From Gemmatimonadota bacterium (GTDB taxonomy: Bacteria; Gemmatimonadota; Gemmatimonadetes; Gemmatimonadales; Gemmatimonadaceae), in the NCBI GenBank assembly GCA_031372565.1, contig JANMLN010000084.1, positions 1 to 30,469 on the forward strand: a stretch of DNA of 30,469 nucleotides. Direction: 5' to 3'. The position numbers and the translations under genes were made by a program. This document shows positions 1 to 12,177 of the stretch, in pieces. Position 1 is the stretch's first letter; the number at the start of each line of letters is the position of its first letter. Below the pieces are notes generated by a model. The model had not been told where the DNA came from. It searched no databases and worked only from the letters and a program-made list of their open reading frames with translations.

Positions 1-33
1 GACCGGTGCTTTCAACCGCTCAGCCACCTGTCC
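1..33 (-). tRNA. tRNA-Ser, 5' portion (anticodon and 3' half lie outside the window)
   Basis: Minus strand reads GGACAGGTGGCTGAGCGGTTGAAAGCACCGGTC: acceptor 5' strand, Ser-type D-arm (TGGCTGAGCGGTTGAAAGC) and start of the anticodon stem. Anticodon not visible, so the isotype is inferred from the D-arm. Confidence 0.8.
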
Positions 34-93
34 AAGGGGTAGCCTCCAAGAATAATCGGCAGGCGTGGGGAAAGGGAGCACCCCCGGGGGCTG

Positions 94-710
<617 letters not shown>

Positions 711-744
711 CATCGGCGCGACGCGACCAGCGGCCTCAAGGCGG

Positions 745-1679
745 CTATTGCCAGCCGTAGCGGGCGTTCAGCCATGCCACCAGGACCGACGCCAGCGCAC
801 CCGCGTATCGCGCACGGTTCGCCGGGGTGTCGCGCACCCCCGTGAAGTTGTGCTCGATCTGAACCGCATCGGTCGGCCCCCCCGCAGCTGAGCCGTACCG
901 CTGCGTGTTGAATCCGCCGTTGAAATAGGGGTCGGTCGCACTCGGGGCCGGATCCGTCACGGACGGCACCGACGGATATCCGGCCGCCACGAGTTGTGCG
1001 CCGAGGCTGAGTGGTCCGCGCAGGAGGGCCACGGCCGAGTCTTGGCGACCGGCAGCGAGTGCCGTGGTGGCGATGCTGGATCGCGCCATCGCGTTCGCGG
1101 ACATCAAGGCGGCGTCCGTTGTGCGAAGCTCCGCATCGGACAGCAGATATCCGAGCTCAAGCCGTTGGATGACATGCCCGTGGCCATGCAGGTCAACGAC
1201 GAGGCCGCGTGTGGCCGTGCGACCGATGGCGGCGCGGGCACTATCGACGGCCGCATGGAAGCGCGTCCAGTGCGCGGTGAGCGGCGCAAAGCCGGCCGTC
1301 GCCTCGGTCAGATCACGATTTCCGTCGAACTTGTCACGATGCAACCGGTTGATGATGAGCCACGGGCGGCGACCGCCGGTGCGCGCGGCGACCGAGTCGG
1401 CGATCGCGCGCGCGAGTTCCTGCGTGTTGGCGTCGTTCACATACGTGCAGCCCGAGCAGTTGCGATCGGGGAGCATCGCGGGACTCAGGTCACCGCCGTG
1501 CGGTGCCACCAGCACGAGCGGAACGGTGCCCGAGGTCGCCTCCACCCATGTCGCGTCGATGGCTGGCGGCGTCGGGCCCACGGGCGACGTCGGCGACGTG
1601 GCGCCGCTCGTGCCGGCGGGTGTCGCGGCGCAGGCCGACAGCAGCAGCGCGCCGATCAGCGCGCCGCGTCGCGTGAGGC

Positions 1680-1683
<4 letters not shown>
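745..1683 (-). CDS. Tat-exported lipoprotein, N-formylglutamate amidohydrolase (HutG/FGase)-like Zn hydrolase
   Basis: GTG start overlaps the clpB TGA (GTGA). LTRRGALIG twin-arginine motif plus LLLSAC lipobox; motifs [28 protein letters not shown]; 312 aa. Confidence 0.75.
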
Positions 1684-4274
<2,591 letters not shown>

Positions 4275-4394
4275 GGCTTCGGAGGGGGCGGGAGACGTGG
4301 ATCCTTCGCTATGCACCAAGACAGGGCAGTCGACGCGTCGCCGCCTGCCAACGGACCCGCAGCACGACAGCGCGGCGCCCGCGATGCTTCTACA

Positions 4395-4410
4395 TGCACA
4401 TTTGACGCCA
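4395..4410 (-). promoter_or_regulatory. Candidate sigma54 (-24/-12) promoter for clpB
   Basis: Minus strand TGGCGTCAAATGTGCA has GG-N10-GC spacing matching TGGCACGNNNNTTGCW, in an AT-richer patch ~120 nt upstream of the ATG. Confidence 0.5.
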
Positions 4411-4521
4411 ACTGCAAAGTGCCGCGCCGACACGTGCGCGCGCCATCCCGACAGTGACAGCAGGCGGGTCCTGCCTCGGTGTCGTAGTATCGGTCGGTCG
4501 GGGGATACCGGACGTTTACGG

Positions 4522-4550
4522 TTGACCCACCCTGTGCGGCCCGATACCCT
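4522..4550 (+). promoter_or_regulatory. sigma70-type promoter, probable leaderless transcript
   Basis: TTGACC-N17-TACCCT followed 7 nt later by ATG (4558); no Shine-Dalgarno. Confidence 0.65.
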
Positions 4551-4557
4551 CAGCGGC

Positions 4558-5145
4558 ATGTCGCTCCTTGTCCGCACGGTCGGCCTCCGCGCCGCCACGA
4601 TTCTCCTCGGTGTGTGGGTCGCCGCGTGCGACACGGGTGGCGCCACGCAGGGAGGCCTGGACGACTCGACCTACGTCCGGACCCTGGCCGGGCTGCGTCG
4701 GCTGCATGATGCCCGACAGTTTCATCCGGTCCGGTCCCTGCCGCAGCCCCTCGGGATTGGGGGACGGCCACCGTCGGCCGATCAGCTTCGTGTGCGCGAC
4801 AGCCTGCAGAAGTTGCTCGCGGACTCGGCCCTGCGCGCCGACTCGGTGGCGCGCACCGAGCTTCTCGCGCGCGCGAAGGTGACCCCGGAGCAACTGCTGG
4901 CGACTGCACGCGGCCTCGCCGCGCGCCCGGAACGCGCCCAGCGGGTGCTCCAGGCGATCGCAAAGCGCGCCATGCAGCTCGATTCGATCGAGCGTGTCGC
5001 GAAGGCTGATTCCGCAGAGAAGGCGCGAAAGGATTCAGTGACAAGAGCAGCCGACCGGGCGCGCGCCGACTCGGGCACGAGGCCCGAGCGGAAGCGCGGG
5101 GCCACGCCAGCTGTCAAGACTACCCCAGCGCCTAAGGCGCCTTGA
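4558..5145 (+). CDS. Hypothetical helical lipoprotein
   Basis: Signal peptide with VAAC lipobox, repeated DS motifs, Lys/Pro-rich tail; 195 aa. Only plus-strand gene; fills the gap and has a matching promoter. Confidence 0.7.
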   Translation: MSLLVRTVGLRAATILLGVWVAACDTGGATQGGLDDSTYVRTLAGLRRLHDARQFHPVRSLPQPLGIGGRPPSADQLRVRDSLQKLLADSALRADSVARTELLARAKVTPEQLLATARGLAARPERAQRVLQAIAKRAMQLDSIERVAKADSAEKARKDSVTRAADRARADSGTRPERKRGATPAVKTTPAPKAP

Positions 5146-5608
5146 CGACCATTTTCCGCACGACCACGAAGCCGTCGACTTCGAGCCGGTAGAGATAGAT
5201 CCCGTCCGCGACCGGTCGACCGGTGCTGACCATCTTGCCGTCGCGAAGCACTTGATACTGCCCATCCCAGTACGCGATGTACTGGCTGCAGCTCAGGAGC
5301 CTGTTCTCCACGGGCTGACCTGTGGCCACGCCGCCGCCACCTTCCTGGAGGTTGGCCACGGCGATCGGCTGCGACAGGAGATTGTAGATGCGCAGCGTGA
5401 CCTTGTAGGTGCGATTCGCATCCTTGCATCCACCCGCGTCGCCGACCGTGAACGGGATGCGCGTGTCGGGGCTGACCGGGTTCGGATAGTTCTGTCCGAG
5501 CACCACGCCAGGATTGCGGGCGCGCACATCGCCCCGCTGAGCTTGTAGCGCCCGCGGTACGCACGCGACGGCCAACAGCGTCAGGATCGAGGCCGTTGCA
5601 CGTCGCAT
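5132..5608 (-). CDS. Secreted stand-alone FlgD-Ig / T9SS C-terminal-domain-like protein
   Basis: Signal peptide ending ALQA-Q; LGQNYPNP, T.I.F.V, LRIYNLL.Q, WDG, VADGIYLYRL, RKMVV motifs; 158 aa. Confidence 0.8.
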   Translation of the reverse strand: MRRATASILTLLAVACVPRALQAQRGDVRARNPGVVLGQNYPNPVSPDTRIPFTVGDAGGCKDANRTYKVTLRIYNLLSQPIAVANLQEGGGGVATGQPVENRLLSCSQYIAYWDGQYQVLRDGKMVSTGRPVADGIYLYRLEVDGFVVVRKMVVKAP

Positions 5609-5700
5609 CCATTGCCTGCCTAGATCAAACAAACGAGGGGCGTTCTGGTCTCCTGCGCGCGTCGCGGGCTGCCGTCGTTGGCAACACCGCGCTTTCATCA

Positions 5701-5730
5701 AATGTGCGAAGCTGCAAAATGCGCTGTCAA
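5701..5730 (-). promoter_or_regulatory. Candidate sigma70 promoter for the CTD-like gene
   Basis: Perfect -35 TTGACA (5730-5725), 18-nt spacer, weak -10 CACATT (5706-5701), in AT-rich intergenic DNA. Confidence 0.4.
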
Positions 5731-5748
5731 CAACGAAAGCATTGTGAC

Positions 5749-7593
5749 TCAGCGCACCATCGGACCTCGTACCCGCCCATCGCCTTCGCGTTTCGTGAAG
5801 CCGCGACGATCACAGTACTCGAGCAGGGGCATGAGGTACTTGCGGCTCACCCCGACGACGTCGCGGAGCACGGCTGGGGACGCCGGCGTTGGCCCATCCA
5901 GCGCCCGGGTCAGCGCCGCCACGATCTCGGCGAGCACGGCAGCGTCGTACCAGCGCTCCGCCTCCACGGCCACGATCGCCCCCTCCTTCTCGAGTCCCTT
6001 GGCGATGCCGCGCAGCTCGCGTCCGCGTTCGGCCGCGAGCTCGGGTAGCGACGGGGGTTCGCGACCTGCCGCTCGCAGCCGATCCAGCATCCACGCGCGG
6101 TCGGCCAGCATCGCCGGGTCATTGAGGGAGGTCCATCCGGCGGGACGAAGGTGTGGGCCCGCCACCACCACCCCGTGCCGATCAACGGCCTGCTGCAAGA
6201 CCGCGGCGGCGAAGCGCGCATGGCCTCCCAGCGACGCGAGGAGTTCCGCAGCCGGTGCGCCGTCACCCGTCGGATGCTTCGCGACGTGGCCGCGCACCGC
6301 GCGGTCGAGCGCGGTCGCCCGCTCGGCGACGAGTGCACCGTCCCAAGCGTGGGCGTCGCGCACAATCGCCTTCGCACCCTTGAGCAGGGTGGCCGTGCGC
6401 GCCGCTGCCACGCCAAGGCGAAGCGCGAGCACGGGCAGCTCGACACCGGTACCTGCCGCTTCGGCGAGGACCCAACCGAGCCGCGCGGCATCCGTCGCCG
6501 AGGCCGTCGCAAACGGACGCGTGCGACGCAGTGGCGGGTTCGGATCGGTGACGACGCCGCCGCCCATGGTGGTGTGCCGGGTGCCGCCGCGCAGCACGAA
6601 CCGGTCGCCGCCGCGAGCGACGACGGGCTGATCGGTCACAAGCCGCGCCGCGCGTGTCTCCCCCGGGTGCAGCGCGCCCCCGGCCACAACGACGCGGGCG
6701 GTGACCTCCGTCGTGCCCAGATGCAGGTGCACGCGCGTGCGCGGTCCCAACGGCACCGCTCCGGCCAGCAGATGGACGTCGGCTCGGAGCCTCGTCGTCG
6801 GTGCCCACTCCGCATCGGTGACCACCACCTGCCCGCGGGCGACATCGGCAACCTCGACACCGGCCAAGGCCAGCGCGCTCCGCGCCCCCGCCTCGGCGGT
6901 GTCCACCGATCGGCCGTGGCTCTCGATGCCGCGCACCCGCGCAGCATGGCCGGCCGGCAGAATCCGCACCGCGGCATCGCGCGGCACCGTGCCGCTCCAC
7001 ACGGTGCCGGTCACGACGGTCCCCGCCCCCTTCACCGTGAAGCCTCGGTCGACGGCGAGCCGGAACGGCGCGTCGTGATCGCGCGCGCGCGCCGTGCCCA
7101 GCGCGACGGTCAACGCCTGACGGAGCGCGGGGAGACCGTCTCCCGTGACCGCGGAGACGGGCACGATGGGTGCGTCGGCGAGCGTCGTGCCCGCGAGCAG
7201 CGCACGGACCTCATCGGCCACGAGCGCGGTCCACTCGGGGTCGACCAGATCCGACTTCGTGAGGGCCACCACCCCGCGCGGTACGCCCAGCAGGTTGAGG
7301 ATGGCCACGTGCTCGCGCGTTTGCGGCATCACGCCCGCGTCTGCCGCCACCACAAGGAGCGCCGCGTCCATTCCAGTGGCCCCCGCCAGCATGGTCCGGA
7401 CGAACGCCTCATGGCCCGGGACGTCCACGACCCCGACAGCACCCACCCCCTCGAGCTCGAGCCGAGCGAAGCCCAACTCGATGGTGATGCCACGACGTTT
7501 CTCCTCGGGGAGCCGATCGGTATCGACCCCCGTGAGGGCCCGGACGAGCGCCGTCTTGCCGTGATCGATGTGCCCTGCCGTGCCGAGAATCAT
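5749..7593 (-). CDS. selB: Selenocysteine-specific translation elongation factor
   Basis: GTAGHIDHGKT, DRLPEEKRRGITIELGF, DVPGHE; C-terminal winged-helix SRKYLMPLLEY.D; GGGAGG Shine-Dalgarno; 614 aa. Confidence 0.96.
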   Translation of the reverse strand: MILGTAGHIDHGKTALVRALTGVDTDRLPEEKRRGITIELGFARLELEGVGAVGVVDVPGHEAFVRTMLAGATGMDAALLVVAADAGVMPQTREHVAILNLLGVPRGVVALTKSDLVDPEWTALVADEVRALLAGTTLADAPIVPVSAVTGDGLPALRQALTVALGTARARDHDAPFRLAVDRGFTVKGAGTVVTGTVWSGTVPRDAAVRILPAGHAARVRGIESHGRSVDTAEAGARSALALAGVEVADVARGQVVVTDAEWAPTTRLRADVHLLAGAVPLGPRTRVHLHLGTTEVTARVVVAGGALHPGETRAARLVTDQPVVARGGDRFVLRGGTRHTTMGGGVVTDPNPPLRRTRPFATASATDAARLGWVLAEAAGTGVELPVLALRLGVAAARTATLLKGAKAIVRDAHAWDGALVAERATALDRAVRGHVAKHPTGDGAPAAELLASLGGHARFAAAVLQQAVDRHGVVVAGPHLRPAGWTSLNDPAMLADRAWMLDRLRAAGREPPSLPELAAERGRELRGIAKGLEKEGAIVAVEAERWYDAAVLAEIVAALTRALDGPTPASPAVLRDVVGVSRKYLMPLLEYCDRRGFTKREGDGRVRGPMVR

Positions 7594-7609
7594 CGCGCGC
7601 CTCCCCGAC

Positions 7610-8371
7610 TCATCCGGCAGCCCACGCGGCGCGCTCCCAACTGTCCCACGCCCGCATGGGACGGCCGTCGGTCAGGTGCTGATGCACGAACTCCCGTAGC
7701 AGGCGTTGGTGCGCCCGCAGGCTCGGATCGTCCTGCAGCGGGGGGTCGGTGTTGGCCAGCCAGGCACGAATGGCGTGGCGCGCGTCGGGCGGAAGCGTGC
7801 GCACGCCGATCGTACCGCGCGCGCAGCTCGAGCAGAGCACGCCGCCGTCGGTCTGACTGAAGGCGACGTTGGCGTCGTCGGGGATCGTGGTGTGGCAGCG
7901 CGCGCACGACTCGAGGCTCGGCGCAAAGCCGAACGCTGCGACCAGGCGCCAAGCCCCGCCGATGGCGATGGGACGCGCGTCGGGCGCCGGCGCGGTCGCG
8001 AGCATGTCGAGCACGGCGGCCAGCAACTCGAACAGCTCGGGCTGCGCCTCGTCGTTGCCGAAGCGCAGCACCAACTCGGCAATGGCCGATGCGGCACTGA
8101 ACCGTGCGAGGTTTTCGGCCAGCCCGACACGCACGCGCGTCACGTCGAACCCCGCGAGTGTCTGCAGGTCGCGCCCCGGTCGCATGGCCAGCTGCGCGCT
8201 CCCCTCCGCGAAGAGATCGATGGCACTCGCGTGGCGGGTTCGCGGCCGCCGCGCCCCCTTCGCGATCACCGACTGCACGCCGGCGTCACGCGTCGCAAGG
8301 CGCAGGATGCGCGACGTCTCGCGATAGTCGAAGGCGTGCAAGACGATCGCATCGGTGTCCACGAGGGGCAT
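7610..8371 (-). CDS. recO: DNA repair protein RecO
   Basis: Start MPLVDTDAIVL; DYRETSRI, AKGARR; Zn finger CARC...CSSC; 253 aa. Confidence 0.95.
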   Translation of the reverse strand: MPLVDTDAIVLHAFDYRETSRILRLATRDAGVQSVIAKGARRPRTRHASAIDLFAEGSAQLAMRPGRDLQTLAGFDVTRVRVGLAENLARFSAASAIAELVLRFGNDEAQPELFELLAAVLDMLATAPAPDARPIAIGGAWRLVAAFGFAPSLESCARCHTTIPDDANVAFSQTDGGVLCSSCARGTIGVRTLPPDARHAIRAWLANTDPPLQDDPSLRAHQRLLREFVHQHLTDGRPMRAWDSWERAAWAAG

Positions 8372-8377
8372 GGTGGA

Positions 8378-8383
8378 AAGATA
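8378..8383 (-). promoter_or_regulatory. -10 element TATCTT, probable leaderless recO transcript
   Basis: TATCTT lies 6 nt upstream of the ATG at 8371; no Shine-Dalgarno; no convincing -35. Confidence 0.5.
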
Positions 8384-8468
8384 GAGCCCTGCTTCGCCGG
8401 GGTCGGCACGGGAGGCCAACTCGGTGGCCGTCCCGCGCCGCACCGCACCGGCGCCACCGGCGTGCCAG

Positions 8469-9578
8469 CTAACGCGCCTGCACCGCCACGGCGCCTTGAC
8501 CGACGTTCAGGGTGCGAATCAGCAGGTAGTTGGCGTTGTACACGTACAGCTTGCTGGCGCCGGCCGCACCGACCACCGGGCAATACACGCGTCCGCGGGT
8601 GTCCACCGCGACCGCCGTGCAGTTGGCGGCCGTTGAATCGGGCGCCCGCAGATTCGCAAACGTGGTCGACCCGAGGAACGGTCCTGCAGCCGCCAAGGCG
8701 GTCGAGTCGACCCGCACGACGCGACCGGGGAAGGTGGATGCGTCCGCGCTCACCCACGCGTAGATGTTGCCGTCGCGACCGGGCGAGACCACGGTTCCGA
8801 AGGTCCCGGGCGGCATGGGGCCTCGCACCACGATGGCACGCGTGTCCATGTCGTACTTCACGATCGCACCCGCCTGCAAGACCGTGCCCGTGCCGTAGTT
8901 CACGTTGCCGAACGAACCGATGTACAGGCTCGCGCCTTGCGGCGTCATGTTGGCGGCGCCGAAGATGGTGCTGCCGAGCGGAATCGTGTCGATGACGTTG
9001 TTGGCGAAGCGCAGGCGCAACAGTCGCGACGGTCCGACCACCGAGTAGTCGGTGCGGCAGTTGAGGTTGGCGTCGAGCACGTACAGTTCGGTGTCGAACT
9101 GCGCGACGTCGACCGGACACTGCCCCACGTTACGGCGCAGCGTGATCGTAGGGGTGGCGTTTCCGAGGTTGGTCACGAAGGCGATGGCCTGCGAGTCTCG
9201 CAGGGCAACCACGATGTTGGCCTCGGAACGTCCGGCGACCAGCGTCGCGTTGCCCGGATTGCTCGCAGCCGGCAGCTGGATGGCTTTCGCGGTGCCCGTG
9301 ACCAGGTTGACGAGGTGCAGCAGGTCGCCGCCCGCCTTCGAGCTGGTCGTGAGCAGCGTGTCGCGTGTGATGCGATGGTAGGCGCCGTCGAAGGATGCGG
9401 GCAACGAGACGAACGAGGTCGCCGTGCCGGTATCGGGCACGAGCGTCACGCCCTGCTGGCCGTACCCATTGAGCACGACCGTGCCCTTGTTTGGCGTGAA
9501 GGCCAGCGGATCAAGGGAGGTGTCCTTGCAGGCGACAGCGCCGAGCAGCGCGAGAGCGAACAGGTGACGGGGCAGCAT
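8469..9578 (-). CDS. Beta-propeller lipoprotein (YncE/BtuG-like), last gene of the B12 operon
   Basis: MLPRHLFALALLGAVAC lipobox; repeated blade-like motifs (P.D.A...LYV.D, DG.IY.W, D.RGRVY); 369 aa; directly follows the TBDT. Confidence 0.7.
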   Translation of the reverse strand: MLPRHLFALALLGAVACKDTSLDPLAFTPNKGTVVLNGYGQQGVTLVPDTGTATSFVSLPASFDGAYHRITRDTLLTTSSKAGGDLLHLVNLVTGTAKAIQLPAASNPGNATLVAGRSEANIVVALRDSQAIAFVTNLGNATPTITLRRNVGQCPVDVAQFDTELYVLDANLNCRTDYSVVGPSRLLRLRFANNVIDTIPLGSTIFGAANMTPQGASLYIGSFGNVNYGTGTVLQAGAIVKYDMDTRAIVVRGPMPPGTFGTVVSPGRDGNIYAWVSADASTFPGRVVRVDSTALAAAGPFLGSTTFANLRAPDSTAANCTAVAVDTRGRVYCPVVGAAGASKLYVYNANYLLIRTLNVGQGAVAVQAR

Positions 9579-9589
9579 GGTGGGGTGGG

Positions 9590-11383
9590 TCAGGGGGAGA
9601 GCGTGAGGGCGAGCGTCCAGGCACGGCCGACCGAGGGAAAGCGCCGGACCGATTCCCATCGGGCATCGAGCATGTTGGTGATGCCGAGGGCGAGTTGTAC
9701 GGGTGCACCGTTCCACGTGAAGGGGCGGCTCCACGCCAGGTCGAGCAGGCCCACCGGGGTGAGCAGCGTGGCACGGCTCTCTGGCGCGGCGGTGAACGAA
9801 CGAGCACCCACGCCCCGCGCCGCAATCGACCAGGTCGCCGAACCGACCCGCTGCTGCACGGTGAGGCCACCCGTCACGTCGGGCACATACGGCGTCGGCA
9901 GGGTGAGCCCGCCCGCCTCGAGCATGGCCCGAGTCGCGCCGCCCCACAGCAGGACGGTCGTGCGCTCGGTCATGAGTTGCGCACTCGCTTCGCCGCCGAC
10001 GGTCCGCTCGCGCCCCACGTTGGACGGGCTCCAGGTGAAGTTCCCCGGGAACCAGATGATCGCATCGTCGACGATCCGCGTGAACAGTGCGGCGTTCAGT
10101 GCCACGCGCCCGCGGCCCGCACGCGCGCGCATCCCCGCTTCCGCATCGAACACGGTCCGTTCCGGCCGCAGCGCGCGAGCGCCGAGCCGCTGCGGTGCAG
10201 CGAAGTAGAGATCGTAGAGTGTCGGAGCGCGAAAGGCCTGACCAACGCGCAGGTACGGCGCGATGTCGCCCGCGTGCTCGACGCCCAGCCACGGACTGCC
10301 GATCGGAGCCGCCCCTCCGATTGCATCCACACGAAGACCGGCCGTTCCTCGCCACATCCCGACGCGTGCGCCGCGCTCCACGGACGCCCAACCTCGCCAG
10401 CGCGTCGTTTCCGCGAACCCCGTGGCACGCAGGCGATCGGCACCGCCACCAAGACGCCACGAGAGCTCTCCGGCACGGAGACTTGCTTCGAGGTCTGGCG
10501 AGAGTGTTCGCGCGTCCGTGTCGAGCGTGGGGGCCAGTCGGTTCGTGTACCGCATCGTCAGTGATCGGACACCGGCAGCGAGGGTCCAGTTCCCTCCGCC
10601 GACCCCACCGCGCAGCATGAGACGATCGGTGAGCGCACGGTCGTCGTCCGATGCGCGCACGTTCATGGCACCGACAAGTCCGCGTTCGCTCCGCGAGGCC
10701 AACAGCGTGAACCAGCCGGAGGGTGACTTCGCCGAGGCGAACACGGCATAGCGGCGCTCGTCATTGTTGACCCGACGCTCCACGCTGTCGGATCCAACGG
10801 TGCCATCGGTGTTCACGAACGGAAAGTCGTTGCGCGCCTCGCGCCAGGCGGCGCCAGCGCGCAATCGTACCGATCCCAGACGGAGCGTACCGGCGCCCTC
10901 CACGCCGCGCGCCCCGAAGGCGCCGCTGACGACGCTCAACACCGGCGCGTCGCTGCTCGTGAGTGCGATCGTCCCGCCGATCGCTCCGCCCCCCGCCGCC
11001 GCACTGGCGCCAGGGGCAACACGGACGGTCGCAAGCGCGGCGAGCGGTATGTCGGAGGCATCGGCCATGCCGGACGCCGGATCATTGAGCGACACGCCGT
11101 CGAGCGTCACGAGGACCTGTTCCGATCGTGCGCCGCGCAGTTGCCAGGTCGACTCGCCGCGTGCGGAGCGCGCACCAATGCCCGGCATGCCGGCCACGAG
11201 CGCCGAGAGCGTTGCCTGCGCGCCTGCGCGCGCGTCGCGCACCGAACGCACCACGGCGGCACGCGCCACCTCGTCCGCGAGCGCTTCGGTGCGCACCCCC
11301 GGAAGCACGCGGGCCTGACGCGCCGTATCCTGCGACGGCATCACGAGCATCGCCGCCAGCACCAGGACGTTCGTGGCCAGCAT
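9590..11383 (-). CDS. btuB: TonB-dependent receptor, probable cobalamin transporter
   Basis: Start MLATNVL (TGATG overlap); plug motif QLRGARSEQVLVTLDGVSLND; barrel motifs FRAPTLYDLY, LRPER, TNMLD; under a cobalamin riboswitch; 597 aa. Confidence 0.8.
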   Translation of the reverse strand: MLATNVLVLAAMLVMPSQDTARQARVLPGVRTEALADEVARAAVVRSVRDARAGAQATLSALVAGMPGIGARSARGESTWQLRGARSEQVLVTLDGVSLNDPASGMADASDIPLAALATVRVAPGASAAAGGGAIGGTIALTSSDAPVLSVVSGAFGARGVEGAGTLRLGSVRLRAGAAWREARNDFPFVNTDGTVGSDSVERRVNNDERRYAVFASAKSPSGWFTLLASRSERGLVGAMNVRASDDDRALTDRLMLRGGVGGGNWTLAAGVRSLTMRYTNRLAPTLDTDARTLSPDLEASLRAGELSWRLGGGADRLRATGFAETTRWRGWASVERGARVGMWRGTAGLRVDAIGGAAPIGSPWLGVEHAGDIAPYLRVGQAFRAPTLYDLYFAAPQRLGARALRPERTVFDAEAGMRARAGRGRVALNAALFTRIVDDAIIWFPGNFTWSPSNVGRERTVGGEASAQLMTERTTVLLWGGATRAMLEAGGLTLPTPYVPDVTGGLTVQQRVGSATWSIAARGVGARSFTAAPESRATLLTPVGLLDLAWSRPFTWNGAPVQLALGITNMLDARWESVRRFPSVGRAWTLALTLSP

Positions 11384-12177
11384 CAGCGCCGGGCTCCCGG
11401 GCCACGGCGCAGCGGCACGAGCGACGGCGCACCGATCGCCGGATCGCGCGTGACGACGAGCGGCCATCCGTACACGCGCTCGAGCGTGGGGCCGTCCATG
11501 ACCTCTGCTGGCGACCCCTCGGCCGCGACGCGACCCTGATCGAGCAGGACGAGTCGGTCGGCGAAGCGCGCGACCAGGTTGAGTTGGTGACTCACGAGCA
11601 GCACCGCATGACCCGACGCTGCAATCTCCGCCAGCAACTCGAACAGCGCCATCTCGTGCGCCACATCGAGGAATGCCGACGGTTCGTCGAGCACCAGCGC
11701 ATCGCCCTCCTGCGCGAGCGCACGCGCGACGCGCGCACGCTGCCACTCACCACCCGAGAGCGTGTCGGTCGTGCGGTCCGCGAGCGGCTCGATGCCCGCA
11801 CGCGAGAGCGCCGAGTGCACCGCCGCGGCGTCGCGCGCGACGTCCGAGCGCCACGGCGACTGCCACGGATACCGGCCAAGCCCGACATACGCGCGCACCG
11901 CGACGGGAAAGGCGGGCTCCTCGCGTTGCGTCACCACCGCGACGCGCTGCGCGAAGGTGCGCGCATCCATGGACGCACGATCATCGGAGCCGATCAGGAC
12001 GCGACCGCGTGTCAGCGGCGCGCGGGCGAGGAGCGCACGCACGCAGCTCGACTTCCCGGAGCCGTTGGGGCCGACGATCGCCGTCAGCTGTCCGGCCGTG
12101 GCCGCGAACCGCACGCCATCGAGGGCCAGCCGGTCAGCGCCGCGATAGCGCACGGAGGCATCGTCGAAACGGATCAT
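11383..12177 (-). CDS. btuD: Cobalamin/iron-chelate ABC transporter ATPase (BtuD/FepC family)
   Basis: GPNGSGKS Walker A, LSGGEWQRARVARALAQ, LDEP, SHQLN; 264 aa. Confidence 0.88.
   Translation of the reverse strand: MIRFDDASVRYRGADRLALDGVRFAATAGQLTAIVGPNGSGKSSCVRALLARAPLTRGRVLIGSDDRASMDARTFAQRVAVVTQREEPAFPVAVRAYVGLGRYPWQSPWRSDVARDAAAVHSALSRAGIEPLADRTTDTLSGGEWQRARVARALAQEGDALVLDEPSAFLDVAHEMALFELLAEIAASGHAVLLVSHQLNLVARFADRLVLLDQGRVAAEGSPAEVMDGPTLERVYGWPLVVTRDPAIGAPSLVPLRRGPGARR

Noticed and set aside
1..33. tRNA-Sec, given selB nearby
   Set aside because: The 5' sequence and D-arm fit a canonical tRNA-Ser with a 7-bp acceptor strand, not the extended Sec structure.
4275..4646. N-terminal extension of ClpB, and similar extensions in the ORF track for btuB, btuC, btuD, HPr, IID, metK, ribD, the OMP and the propeller lipoprotein
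   Set aside because: The extensions are Arg/Ala/Pro-rich off-frame reads through neighbouring genes. Family-typical starts, many with stop/start overlaps, lie downstream.
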